A DNA stretch of 64,000 nt from Candidatus Bathyarchaeota archaeon. Lineage in GTDB: Archaea > Thermoproteota > Bathyarchaeia > 40CM-2-53-6. A program made the position numbers and the translations under genes. The DNA is taken from assembly GCA_005888635.1 (NCBI GenBank), contig VBAW01000016.1, forward strand, positions 133,859-197,858, written 5' to 3'. Of this stretch, positions 39,603 to 50,150 are shown in pieces. The first letter of the stretch is position 1. Every line of letters starts with the position of its first letter. Below the pieces are notes generated by a model. The model searched no databases and was not told where the DNA came from. It saw nothing but the letters and a program-made list of their open reading frames with translations.

Positions 39603-40842
39603 ATGGCTACCTCCAGCCCTCTCCCTCCCATCCGACAAAAAGAAATCGAAGCCTTCCTACAAGCAAATCCACTCGTTCGCCAATGGCTAACCAAATGGAA
39701 ACCAATAACACGAAAACTATACGCAATTGACATAATCAGATTCCAGCAACTATCAAACACGCAAATCGAACAACTCCTCGTCCGTCTAGAAAATAATCAA
39801 ATCAAGCCACGCGAAATACGCTCACTAATCGAAACATCACTTGCCGACCTCACCAACTCCGTACAAGCAAGAATGGACTCAGCAGTGAGAGGATTCTTCA
39901 AACATCACCACGGCAAACTACCTGATACAACCATAAAATACCTAAAAATCCGCGATTATAGAGCGTACCACAAAGACGAACTTCAAGCCTTAATCGGCTT
40001 TCTCGACAAGCCCCCTAGAAGAACTATTCGCGATTATCGCTACAGAGCGGATTGAGAGGAGGAACTGTCCTCCAACCAAAATGGCGTCATATCGAGCAAG
40101 ACTTCAACAACCGAGCGGGCCCGATAGCAATCAGACTCGAAAACTCGTTTCAGGTAGGTCGCAAGAAATCCGGATTCACCTTCATAGGAGACCGAGCAAG
40201 ACAACTAATCAGACGCTCCACCGAGACAAATAAGTCCGAGAGAGGCTACAGAATATACACAGAATCCGATCGCAACATCTTCCCATATTCATATGACTCA
40301 GTACTGACAATAATCAAAACGGCAAAAGACAAAGCTCAGCTACACGATCCGGCTTTAAGCCCGATACACTCATTCCGAAAATTCTTCCGCGAACAACTAA
40401 CCAACGCTGAAATCCACCCCGACCACATCAAAGTCCTTTTCGCCAGATTCGACGACACCGACGCGAAAGAATACACTTCCAAGGAATTCGAGACCCTCAG
40501 ACCAGAGTACGAGCACGCATACGCATACCTGGATTACATGAACAACGCACCCGACACAAGCGCCAACTATCAACCAAACAGACAGAGCAACAAGATATCA
40601 TCAACATACTAAGCCAAAGGCTCCAAAACCTCGAAACCGCACTCGCACAACGCCCAAACGACATGCTCATCCAAACAGTCAACGAATTACTCGACCAAGC
40701 GACACCCCAACAAAGATTCCAATTCTACGAAAAAATCATGGCAAGCCTCTCGACAGAACCAACCTATTCAAAAATCATGCAATTCACCAAACCGCCAACA
40801 ATGATGAGACCGCGAGAAAACAACCCGAACCCTATCGGATGA
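39603..40842 (+). pseudogene. Tyrosine recombinase/integrase with multiple frameshifts
   Basis: GLRGG (Arg I), HSFRKFF (HxxR), KEY; frame breaks near 40010-40050 and about 40560. Confidence 0.8.
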
Positions 40843-41010
40843 CACCCTTTTGACAACAAAATGGTTTCAAACTTCCGAACCTTGGACAACTAAAGCCCAA
40901 AACGCCGGGAACCGTCACACGTTCACACTAATGCAGTTTCGCCCAACAACTACGTAGAATCCCAACCTTTTTCTTCGCTAACTCTCCGAGTGAAACTGGA
41001 GATTTAGACC

Positions 41011-41259
41011 ATGACCGGGTGGTTATCCAAGATCTTCAAGGACAAGAAGGGTTACAAGCGCTTTGCTGACTCGGGAACACCTGTCCATCGTTACGTCGCC
41101 GAAAGGAAATATGGTCGTAAGTTGAAGAACCGAGAAGTGGTTCATCACAAAAACAGAATCAAGACGGACAACCGAAGAAACAATCTCTCGGTATTTTCCT
41201 CGCAGAAGAAGCATCATGCAGTTCACCGCCGCGACAAGAAGCGGTTTGGTAGATGGTGA
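41011..41259 (+). CDS. Small HNH endonuclease
   Basis: VHRYVAE, EVVHHKNRIKTDNRRNNL. Confidence 0.85.
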   Translation: MTGWLSKIFKDKKGYKRFADSGTPVHRYVAERKYGRKLKNREVVHHKNRIKTDNRRNNLSVFSSQKKHHAVHRRDKKRFGRW

Positions 41260-41575
41260 CTGCTCCATCTCCCACGGGTGCTTGGCCAATGACGACAAAC
41301 AGCAGACGAGCGGAACCTCAATCAACTCCCGATTCGGAGCTTCAAAACACTCAGCTCAAACACCATCCTCAACAACAACGGACTTGACGATTCGAGTATT
41401 TCCACAGGACGGACACACGTAACCTAAGCCTTCAAGTTCATGTTCTTGCCACTTGAAAGTCCAGAACGCGTTATTGACATCCGGAAGATGAGGAATGTGT
41501 ACCTCGGATACTCTAGAGCCCAGCGATGTCTTGATGTCCTGCGTCAGCTCGCTAGGGTGACTGGCTGATCGTGAG

Positions 41576-42304
41576 TTGACGAGGAAGGATCCTAGACAGG
41601 CCCTTCCGGGGTTCGATGTTTATGCGGAGCTGAAACCAATAGCTCCACTCTGGCAATGGTTCCTCGCAGGGTTGCTATTGGTGATCTTTTCACCACCAAT
41701 TTTGTGGTTCGGTAACTTTCCATCGGAGCCTGTGCAGATTCTGATTCTGGCCCTGTTCCTTCTAGGGTGCGCCTTTCTCACCGCGCTATACGTACGTCGA
41801 AAGTGGATTCCCATAGGAATCAGACCGGAAGGGAAAGGAGTGTTGGTTGTCGGGAAAACAATCTCTGAGAATCTTAGTCCTGCTTCTAGAGTCAATTTCG
41901 ACGACGGAGCCATGATCTATTTGGAAAAGCCCGGTGCTCGTCTTCAACTTCGGAAGATGGAAATTAGATTCTCGTCTCGGGAAGACGCGAAACGCGTCGT
42001 TGATTGGTTGGAACGGGGCGTTGGTTCTACTAGTCTTGACAGACGCTCGGGGGTAAGATCAGAGATCTGGGCTCTGGTCTCTAATGGCCCGTATCTCAAG
42101 AGGTCTCGGATAGAGTTCGAGCGGGGCATCTGCTTTGTCGTGGATCCTGGAATGAACATTTTCGAGGTGATTCCGAAACGTGTTCGACGCAAGGACGAGG
42201 TTACTTTGGTAGCGTCTACAGGTTTCTGGCACTATGGAGACGTCGTGATGAAGTTCGACTCGTCAGTCGATGCAAATAGGATCGAACAGCAGTTGAACAC
42301 CTGA
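41576..42304 (+). CDS. Hypothetical membrane protein (2 TM)
   Basis: Long ORF with an N-terminal TM pair. Confidence 0.6.
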   Translation: MTRKDPRQALPGFDVYAELKPIAPLWQWFLAGLLLVIFSPPILWFGNFPSEPVQILILALFLLGCAFLTALYVRRKWIPIGIRPEGKGVLVVGKTISENLSPASRVNFDDGAMIYLEKPGARLQLRKMEIRFSSREDAKRVVDWLERGVGSTSLDRRSGVRSEIWALVSNGPYLKRSRIEFERGICFVVDPGMNIFEVIPKRVRRKDEVTLVASTGFWHYGDVVMKFDSSVDANRIEQQLNT

Positions 42305-42323
42305 GAGGGGCCCAAGCCTCAGT

Positions 42324-42728
42324 TCAAACGCTGCGCACCGCTCTAGGTCTCAAGCACCACGTTTTGATGGTCCACAATCCTAGAATTGACAGGTACAACA
42401 AGCCGACCACAACAAAAGGGGGCCACCAAGAAGATGCCGGACTGATTAGACCCATCCCAACACCAAGGACGGTTGACAGTCCAAACGCTGTGATTCCCAT
42501 CAGTCGAGCGCCGGACCAACGAGCAATGATAGCCACGCAAAAAATCAGAATCAGTACTCCATCAATAAGAAACCCTGCTGAGAGAAACCCTGCCTTCCCA
42601 CCCTTCCCAAGTAAACTAGCCGTCAGCCCAAAAGTGAACCCAAGGCCCAAGTGCGCCAAGCCCCATATAACAGAAAATATTCCCGCGGCGAATTTGGCTA
42701 ACTTCACCGCGAGCAGACTAGATTCCAT
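42324..42728 (-). CDS. Hypothetical membrane protein (4 TM)
   Basis: Strongly hydrophobic. Confidence 0.6.
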   Translation of the reverse strand: MESSLLAVKLAKFAAGIFSVIWGLAHLGLGFTFGLTASLLGKGGKAGFLSAGFLIDGVLILIFCVAIIARWSGARLMGITAFGLSTVLGVGMGLISPASSWWPPFVVVGLLYLSILGLWTIKTWCLRPRAVRSV

Positions 42729-43005
42729 CTTTAGCCAGCACGCAGAACGTATTGTTATTACCTCAATCTGTGATTAGAGCTTTTCTCAAAATCACATTCC
42801 CAGCAAAAGCTGGCAATACCCAATGCGGAGACCTCTTTAGCCATAACAGATCATCGCTGACGCGCTATAATCCAAGAGACCGGAGAACGGTCTCCGCTAT
42901 CACTTCTTAACCTCAAAGGAGGAAGCTATGAAGAAATGCACCATTTCCCTTAGCGATAACCGTATTACCGTCATAGAACGCTATAACTCCAGAGGAGACT
43001 TACGG

Positions 43006-43416
43006 TTGAAAAAATGTCAGCGTTGCGGAACCATATCCCAAGACGCAGATGTCGTATGCGGGATCTGCGGCACCAATATTGCGAATACTCCTTCGCTAGA
43101 GGATAGCATCGAAGAAGAAATACTCAAAGACCAAAAGTTGAGGGAAGAAGAAAGCAGACGTATCCGGCAAAAGATTCCCAGAGAATCTACGCGCGAACTT
43201 ATGCGAAGGCTCTTACCTTCACTTCTCGCTCTTGCAATCGGCTTTACCCTTTTACTCTACAGATTATCCCAGGCCCTCGCAATGGGGGGAAACTCGGATC
43301 TCCAACCCATTCCTTACCGCGTTTACGCGCAAAACATTTTCCCTAAAACAGAAACCAAAAGAACATCACAATTACATCAAATCACCATGCGCTTGCAAGC
43401 GCCTAATCCTTATTAG
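43006..43416 (+). CDS. Zinc-ribbon plus TM protein
   Basis: KKCQRCG..VCGICG, coil, TM; C-terminus may be degenerate. Confidence 0.55.
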   Translation: MKKCQRCGTISQDADVVCGICGTNIANTPSLEDSIEEEILKDQKLREEESRRIRQKIPRESTRELMRRLLPSLLALAIGFTLLLYRLSQALAMGGNSDLQPIPYRVYAQNIFPKTETKRTSQLHQITMRLQAPNPY

Positions 43417-43424
43417 ACTAGAAT

Positions 43425-43826
43425 GTGAAAGTCGTTATTGTGCTTCGCGTAGCTTTGGTTGTTTTAGTTGTTTTCTCCATGATTGCTACAGTGTTTGCAC
43501 AGCCACCCAGTCTCAGGAATTGGACGATCCCATTCACAGGTTCCATTGATGTGCGACTCCACGCTCAAACACCCACTCCGCTCCGGGGCACGTCGTTCAG
43601 CATGATAATCAGTGGTAACATACCATACAAGTCACTATACGAGAATAGCCTCAATATCACTATAAACCGCCAAAACTTTGTTATCTACCAAACCGACCAG
43701 TGCTGCTACGAGGGAATCAATATGCTTTCAAACCTCAACATAACCGCGTCAATGGTCTTTCACGTATCGACAACAGTGCCTTGGAACGGCTCCTTTGTCT
43801 TTCATGCTTGGGTAGAACCATTTTAG
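43425..43826 (+). CDS. Secreted or membrane-anchored beta-rich protein
   Basis: Signal-like N-terminus; several NxT/S sequons. Confidence 0.55.
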   Translation: MKVVIVLRVALVVLVVFSMIATVFAQPPSLRNWTIPFTGSIDVRLHAQTPTPLRGTSFSMIISGNIPYKSLYENSLNITINRQNFVIYQTDQCCYEGINMLSNLNITASMVFHVSTTVPWNGSFVFHAWVEPF

Positions 43827-44418
43827 GCACCAATCCAAGAGACAAAAAACGAAATAACGAATAAAGAATACAACATCAAAGAACGACAGAACAATAGCCT
43901 ACCGCAAACAATCACTACGTTCAAGACACCGCTAATGCTCAAAACACACACATACCAAACCGCTCAACAGAGTTATCACGGTCAACCGCTCGTACCCCTC
44001 GCTATCAACAGAACAGGATCATCAGACAGAAACCTATCAAAACGCAGAACACAGATAACCATGCCTCGTACCTCGGCACTCACGACCATAGGATCACTGC
44101 TCGGGTACCTCGCTCTCCGTAGTCAACTACACAGAGAAACCGATAGGAAGCCATGCAGACAGACCCAAAACGCAGAACGCGTCACACACCCGATACCAGA
44201 TCACCTAGACAAGCACCGCGTCGGAGACAACCGGCGGCGCAATCTGTAATCACTATCAAGAGAAGCTGGGGCGGCCCCAGAGCCCCCGATGACAGAGCAC
44301 GATTCAGGCACGCTAGCGAAGGCGCGATGCAAGAAGCTCAAAAGACCATGAAGACCGGTCATCATGCCCTCAAGGTCATCGGTCTTGACTCTTACCACAA
44401 ATAGAGGGGATTACGAAA

Positions 44419-44862
44419 TTACAGGGGTTTCCCGCATTTCCCGCAATAGATCGCATCCTCATTCTCAAGGTAGCCGCAGTTGCGGCATTTCACTTTGACA
44501 ACGGATTCACTCCTAAGCGGGTTTCCTCCAAATCCTATCCTCAAGCCCTCGCCAGCGGCCTCTGAGACACGCTCAATCGCGGGTGATGCCTCAGACGCTA
44601 CATACGTAGTCACTGGCCTAATCATCCCAAGTCTAAGTGCTCCGAATCCAAGTGCTAAGAGAACCATCCCGATTATTGCCGTGACGAACGATGAATTCAT
44701 CTGGGCTTCCCTTGCTGCGAAGTCAAACTGGTTTGACGTAGGCGTCATCACTGACGTTGCCGCCACTAGGAAGAGGACTAGCCCTATGACAACCATTATT
44801 GCCCCAATGGCCGTCAGTGATCCGCGACCCAAGCCGAATAGTGACCCGTCATCACTACCCAT
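44419..44862 (-). CDS. Two-TM protein with C-terminal double zinc ribbon
   Basis: KCRNCG..YCGKCG. Confidence 0.75.
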   Translation of the reverse strand: MGSDDGSLFGLGRGSLTAIGAIMVVIGLVLFLVAATSVMTPTSNQFDFAAREAQMNSSFVTAIIGMVLLALGFGALRLGMIRPVTTYVASEASPAIERVSEAAGEGLRIGFGGNPLRSESVVKVKCRNCGYLENEDAIYCGKCGKPL

Positions 44863-45074
44863 TCGAATCACTGGGAATAACGAGCGAAAGCATGAATTAA
44901 GTCTGTCCGACAGAAGGAACGCTTTATTACGCTTACTTGGTAGCCAGATACTACTACGGGAAGCACTGACCGCCTGACGCGCGCTCGCGCTCCTTCGTCG
45001 CGCTACGCCACAAGCAGCCAACACTGGTTTTCACGCTGGAATCTTTCCGACGCAACAGAAAACCCAGAGGCAGA

Positions 45075-45269
45075 CTACGACATCTTGCTATCAGCAAGCA
45101 TCAAAAAACAGTTCGAACAACTCCAGCCATTACTCACCATACAACACTTAGCCCAACAAGAATCGCAGATACCGACAGTATCAATACTCACACGACGAAA
45201 CTTCACCCTGCAAACAACACAGAATACATCATCACCAAGATAACGCCTAACCATAACCAGACACCTCAA
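45075..45269 (-). CDS. Small Cys-rich zinc-finger protein
   Basis: CVVC, CDSC, CSNC; overlaps the end of rep. Confidence 0.5.
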   Translation of the reverse strand: MRCLVMVRRYLGDDVFCVVCRVKFRRVSIDTVGICDSCWAKCCMVSNGWSCSNCFLMLADSKMS

Positions 45270-45849
45270 TCAAAGACTGAAACAGCAAGACACCCTTCCA
45301 GGAAGCAAGACCACCAACATACCCGAACAGCTTCAACAACCGACGAAAAACACGACTCTCGCCTACAAAGATCCAATGCCGAGAGGCAGATCCGCGAACG
45401 TAGCCAGACTGACTACTCATGTACTGAGTAACCAGGTAACGCGAGATACCGCCAATACCGCCCTTCCTATCCTCAACACGAGTAATCCAGCCCTCAAACG
45501 CACCATGAATCTCATACCAAGCATGGCGAATCCAAGCGATTGGAATGAAGCACCCACGATACAACAGGTGAAGGACACCATGTCCCTCAGAGGATCGAAC
45601 GTAGCAATACTCAAACTTCCCAAACATTCGACGAATGCGCTTAACAAGAATCTGCAAAGATTTCTGAACCACTCGTGGAGACCTTGGACTCGAAGTCAAA
45701 GTCAAGAAACGCAGATCAGCACCAACACCACGACCAATCGTTAAGCCAGACAAAGCGCGACGATAACCACGGCGCTGCTTCACAGACCACCAACCAGAAA
45801 CAAGAGAGCGGAAACTGCGCTCACGAATACACGACTGGCATGACTCCAC
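45247..45849 (-). CDS. Rolling-circle replication initiator (HUH Rep)
   Basis: Motif I FLTLT, motif II variant HGVLHLL, motif III YLVTQY. Confidence 0.75.
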   Translation of the reverse strand: MESCQSCIRERSFRSLVSGWWSVKQRRGYRRALSGLTIGRGVGADLRFLTLTSSPRSPRVVQKSLQILVKRIRRMFGKFEYCYVRSSEGHGVLHLLYRGCFIPIAWIRHAWYEIHGAFEGWITRVEDRKGGIGGISRYLVTQYMSSQSGYVRGSASRHWIFVGESRVFRRLLKLFGYVGGLASWKGVLLFQSLIEVSGYG

Positions 45850-45987
45850 ACTACTGACAGAATGCCTACAGAATCGACTTACGGAGACTCGGCAATCATT
45901 GCCCCATCAGTCCTCGCTGGTAACAATACGATCCCGTTCCAGCGATTTACAGTTGGCTCGTTTTCTTATCTGGAACAAATCAATCGC

Positions 45988-46000
45988 ATAAGCGTTCATA
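45988..46000 (+). repeat. Right att-like core ATAAGCGTTCATA
   Basis: Direct repeat of 39528-39540. Confidence 0.6.
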
Positions 46001-46042
46001 TATGGGAAAGAGCTTGAGCTGTTCGTCACGGGTAGCGTCGCA

Positions 46043-46279
46043 ATGAGTGCTGTTCGCGTTGGAGACTCCGATCTAACAAAGATACTACGCGGAGTCGCAG
46101 TCATAGTGGCCGCGGCGCTGATGATTCTTCCAGCATATTTCAACTATGAGATCTGGAAGACAGGATTCAACCCGGTTGTGTCAATGGCAATTAGCCTGCA
46201 ACTGTTTGCTATTGGAATCGTCATCTTCATTCTCGCAGTGGGCAAAGAGCGACTGGCTCCAAAGTCTCAACCTCAGTAA
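46043..46279 (+). CDS. Small membrane protein (2 TM)
   Basis: Hydrophobic pair. Confidence 0.6.
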   Translation: MSAVRVGDSDLTKILRGVAVIVAAALMILPAYFNYEIWKTGFNPVVSMAISLQLFAIGIVIFILAVGKERLAPKSQPQ

Positions 46280-46333
46280 GGGTCTCATACCGCCGGGCAT
46301 TTGCAACCGATAATCTCCGCGGCCAAGTCCGCT

Positions 46334-47809
46334 CTAGATGGTCGTTAGGGGCGCGTCAATCTGTTTCTCTTGGTCCGATTGAGGCTCGGGGGACGAGACT
46401 CTGTCCGCCCACTCTTTGACGACCTTGACCAATTGCAGTCTCAAATCTTCTCCTATGAGCTGTGATCTTCTAACTGTCCTGATGTTATCTGCGAGCTGGA
46501 TCGAACCGAGCACATCCTTCGTCCACTTTTCGATATCCCTGCGTCCAATGTGATATTCCAGCGATTCTAGCGGGACTATCTTGAGAGCGTCAAGGAATTC
46601 TTGGATAGATGTTGCAAGTATTCCCGAGTATTGTCCGAGTCCTGTGTCAAAGTAGAATGATTTGTCCCGAGGGACTGCAATGATCCCGTCGACCGTGTCT
46701 CCCTCTTCGACCCTTGTATTGGGCCAGAGCTTGCTTCCAGGGAGGATCTTTGCATTGTTTCCGATGTTGCATCCTTGTCCGATTATTGATCTGTCAATCG
46801 ATACGTCGTTGCCGATGACGGCTCTCTCGCCGATTATTGCTGATTTTATGGAGCAGTTTCTTCCGAAGACGGTGTTCTCGAACGCGACTCCGGTCTCAAA
46901 GCTCGTCCCAGACATCAGCCTTGAATTTTCTTTTAAGACGGTCCCAGGTCTAATCTGGACATTTTCCCCAAGCGACGTCTCGTTATCGATCCATGAGGGG
47001 CCAAGCATCTGGGAACCTCGGCCAATCTTGACGTCTCCCCTAGCAAACACTGGTTCGCTTGGGTTTCCGATCAGCCTTGCATCTTTGGGAGGATCCGTAG
47101 CGAAATTTCGAAGGACCCAGTTCACTCCCTTCAGATACCCTTTCAATTCCCCAACATCGACCCAGAATGAGTCTGATGTGTAGCCGAAAAGATGCTTCCC
47201 TAATCTCATCAAATAAGGGAACAGGTCTTTCGCGAAGTCCCATTTTTCATTCTCAACATAGTCCAAGACTTCTGGTTCGAGGATGTAGAAGCCTGTGCTG
47301 ACCAGATTGCTTGGTACAGTACCTGGAGAGGGTTTCTCGACAAACCTGACGATCTCATTCTCCTCGTCTACGATAGCGACTCCGTACGCAGACGGATCAT
47401 CCACATTGGTCAGCGCGATAGAGACTTCGCCTTGTCTATCTGAATGGAACCTCGCCATGTCCGTCAGCGATATTTCGCTGACCACATCAGCCTGGACAAC
47501 CAGGAAAGTTTCGTCTAATAGATGGGCGGCGAGCTTCAGACTTCCAGCCGTTCCAAACGTGACCCCTTCCGGCTCAACAACATACGTTATTCGGACTCCG
47601 AAGTGGGACCCGTCGCCGACGTATCCCATTATCTGATCTTTCAGGTATCCTGGGATTATGATGAGATCCTTGAAACCGTTCCGGGACAGATGGGATAGTA
47701 CGTAATGAATTATCGGGTTTGGACCCAATGGAAGCATTGGCTTAGGCCGGGTGAATGTGAGAGGACGCAGACGTGTGCCTTCCCCCCCGGCTAGGACTAC
47801 GGCCTTCAA
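46334..47809 (-). CDS. NDP-sugar pyrophosphorylase (GDP-Man/GlmU-like) with hexapeptide repeats and a C-terminal DUF5752-like domain
   Basis: LAGGEGTRLRPLT, PKPM, GTAG, FVEKP, WVDVG; tail FYF...SLEYH..R.D..KW. Confidence 0.9.
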   Translation of the reverse strand: MKAVVLAGGEGTRLRPLTFTRPKPMLPLGPNPIIHYVLSHLSRNGFKDLIIIPGYLKDQIMGYVGDGSHFGVRITYVVEPEGVTFGTAGSLKLAAHLLDETFLVVQADVVSEISLTDMARFHSDRQGEVSIALTNVDDPSAYGVAIVDEENEIVRFVEKPSPGTVPSNLVSTGFYILEPEVLDYVENEKWDFAKDLFPYLMRLGKHLFGYTSDSFWVDVGELKGYLKGVNWVLRNFATDPPKDARLIGNPSEPVFARGDVKIGRGSQMLGPSWIDNETSLGENVQIRPGTVLKENSRLMSGTSFETGVAFENTVFGRNCSIKSAIIGERAVIGNDVSIDRSIIGQGCNIGNNAKILPGSKLWPNTRVEEGDTVDGIIAVPRDKSFYFDTGLGQYSGILATSIQEFLDALKIVPLESLEYHIGRRDIEKWTKDVLGSIQLADNIRTVRRSQLIGEDLRLQLVKVVKEWADRVSSPEPQSDQEKQIDAPLTTI

Positions 47810-47958
47810 AGCTGGCGAACTCGATGCCTACTCGCGTTCTTCCTCCATCCGCAGTTCTGGCCGGCCACGCATAATATGCATAGCGGCTAGTCTTGGGACG
47901 CCAAGGGGAACGCGGTGCAGAGGGGTCTAGAAAACAGTTTGTCAGAAAAATGGAGTAG

Positions 47959-48393
47959 TTAGTTCTGTTCGAAGAGCCGCGTCAATCTTTCCGCGACCTC
48001 CTTCAGCTTGTCTTTGTATTCGGCTATTTTTGGGGCGTTGGATTTCGCTAGATCCTCGAAGTAAGAGACGAAATCTTTCATCTCGCTCACCATGGAATCG
48101 ACGGAGTTTGGTCGTTGCGAGAACGGGAAGCCGAAGGGGAATGTTCCCTCATCCTTGCCCTTGTCGGTGAGTTCGTAGCGTCCATCTTCCCTCTTCCTGA
48201 TTGCGCCCTCTTGGACCATCTGATCTAAGAGGGGGTAGATTGAGCCCGGTGACGGTCGCCAGCCTCCCCAGCTCATCTTCTCGATCTCGTCGATAATCTC
48301 AGCGCCATTCTTGGGTGACCGAGTTATCATGGAGATGACCCAGGGTCTGAGCCATCCTCGCCTCATTCCACCCCATTGCCTATGTCCCCACAA
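47959..48393 (-). CDS. PadR family regulator
   Basis: WRPSPGSIYPLL, YELTDKG. Confidence 0.92.
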   Translation of the reverse strand: MWGHRQWGGMRRGWLRPWVISMITRSPKNGAEIIDEIEKMSWGGWRPSPGSIYPLLDQMVQEGAIRKREDGRYELTDKGKDEGTFPFGFPFSQRPNSVDSMVSEMKDFVSYFEDLAKSNAPKIAEYKDKLKEVAERLTRLFEQN

Positions 48394-48424
48394 GTCTTGT
48401 CCGATATCGTTTATCCGATATCGG

Positions 48425-49606
48425 CTAATAAGCTCTTCGGTTCATATTCTTAATCCAGAATACTGCCGAGACGCTCCCTATCAAAGCAAGTATGGCTACA
48501 CTGCCGAATGACACTTCTAAGCTCAAGAATTGGGAGACGTATCCACTAGCCAAACCAAGGATCGAAGCGCCTATTGTCTGGCCCGAGGAAAGAACTCCGA
48601 AAGACCGTCCGGATTGCTGACCTATGGAGCCCAAGTAGCGTGACAATTCTGTGTAGGTCAAGGGATACGTGGCGGAAATTGAGAATCCAGTAGCGAGCAG
48701 AGTTATGGTAGCAAGAATCGCGTTTCCTGAAAGTAGTGTGAAGGCAGCAATGGAACCCGAGGCAACGATGTAAGAGATGGCTAGGAGAACATTCGTCGGG
48801 ACGAACCGGGTCCAGCCTCCTGTGGCAATTGCTCCCAAGGACGCGAAGGCAATGAATGCAGAGACTATCAGGTTCGCCTGCGAAACGTCCAAGTGTGCCC
48901 GAGTTCCCAAGAAGATATTCGCGAAGTTCAATATGACAGCGTAAGATCCGCCTGAAATGAAGGCTGCAAGGACGAAGAATACAGGAATGGTCCGCTTTGT
49001 TTGCGGCTTCGAGCTAGATGGAGTTTGAGGATCATCGGACGCGGCGGAGTGTCGACCTCGTAGAAGGGTCAGCGTTAGAATTACGTCAGCTAGAGTCCAG
49101 ACGGCAAACACGACGAATGTTGCACGCCAGCCTACCTCAAGATACAGAGAAGCAGAGATCAAGAACACGAGCAAGACTCCGACGTTACCAAAGGCGCTCT
49201 GAAATCCCATCGACTTCTGCAATCTTGGACCTCCATACGATTTCGAGATAGTCGATATTCCAACAGGATGGAAGAAGCTGGAACCTAAGCGTAGAAAAAT
49301 TACTGAAGTTAACAGACTCAAGAATCCGGTCGCGAAGACGAACGAGACAACCGAGACGGTGATTATTGCTATTCCGATCGCGAGAAGTCTTCCAGGATCT
49401 CTTCCCTCACTGTAATGACCAACCACCGGTTGGAACAAGATATTGACCAAGTAGCCGAGGGCGACAATAATGCCTACTTGGAAAACGGAGATGTTGAACA
49501 ACGCCAAGACAATCGGGAATAGGCTGGACAGGAGGTAGACAGAACCATCGTTGGTAGCGTGGTTCAGAGAGACTACGTAGAGGACCCTATTCGAAGTGCT
49601 AGTCAA
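48425..49606 (-). CDS. MFS transporter (Fsr-like)
   Basis: HATNDG, FQPVVG, GSSFFHP; about 12 TM. Confidence 0.88.
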   Translation of the reverse strand: MTSTSNRVLYVVSLNHATNDGSVYLLSSLFPIVLALFNISVFQVGIIVALGYLVNILFQPVVGHYSEGRDPGRLLAIGIAIITVSVVSFVFATGFLSLLTSVIFLRLGSSFFHPVGISTISKSYGGPRLQKSMGFQSAFGNVGVLLVFLISASLYLEVGWRATFVVFAVWTLADVILTLTLLRGRHSAASDDPQTPSSSKPQTKRTIPVFFVLAAFISGGSYAVILNFANIFLGTRAHLDVSQANLIVSAFIAFASLGAIATGGWTRFVPTNVLLAISYIVASGSIAAFTLLSGNAILATITLLATGFSISATYPLTYTELSRYLGSIGQQSGRSFGVLSSGQTIGASILGLASGYVSQFLSLEVSFGSVAILALIGSVSAVFWIKNMNRRAY

Positions 49607-49643
49607 GAGCGGCGACGTGGAGGAATGCCAGTGCCCCGAGATT

Positions 49644-50150
49644 CTATTCTTCGATCTCCGGCACGTGCGAGGAGGCAGGTACGGTGCGGGGACTTCGGTT
49701 TCGTTTGGTTTCTTGGTAGCGAGATTCTATCCAACCGATGACCTTGTCTTCAGTTACTGCCTCAGCTTCTGTCTGTTTGTTTATGTTCTCTGCAATCACT
49801 CTCAGGAATTCTTTAGGGTTGACAGGCTTGATGATGTAGGCATCTGCTTGTTGATTTACGGATTCGACGGCGTTGTCCAGAGTCGGGTATCCTGTGAGGA
49901 TGATTTTCCTCGCTTTAGGAAGCATCCCGTGGATCTTAGAGAGTAGTTCTGTCCCGTCCGTGTCAGGTAGGTTGATGTCGATGACAGCTATATTGTAGAG
50001 TCGAGCTTTGCACTTTTCGAGGGCTTCGGACCCGGTCTGGGCCGTGTCGACATTATAGCCCTCTGGCTCCAAGATTTCCTTGAAGCTGTTCAAGATTCCT
50101 GGGTCGTCGTCGACGATGAGGATACTCTTTCTTTCCATTATCGGAATCAT
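49644..50150 (-). CDS. Response regulator (receiver domain)
   Basis: ILIVDDD, DINLPD, LTG, KP. Confidence 0.92.
   Translation of the reverse strand: MIPIMERKSILIVDDDPGILNSFKEILEPEGYNVDTAQTGSEALEKCKARLYNIAVIDINLPDTDGTELLSKIHGMLPKARKIILTGYPTLDNAVESVNQQADAYIIKPVNPKEFLRVIAENINKQTEAEAVTEDKVIGWIESRYQETKRNRSPRTVPASSHVPEIEE

Larger units (their letters stand above)
39528..46000. mobile_element. Degenerate integrated rolling-circle element (plasmid or ssDNA-virus-like)
   Basis: Tyrosine integrase at the left end, HUH Rep at the right end, A/C-skewed composition, flanking direct repeat ATAAGCGTTCwTA. Confidence 0.75.

Noticed and set aside
39990..40070. Programmed frameshift or intron in the integrase
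   Set aside because: Several independent indels indicate decay or sequence error
43830..44404. ORFs 43935-44249, 44153-44404 and 44201-44398
   Set aside because: No recognisable motifs; the skewed composition suggests decayed minus-strand element genes
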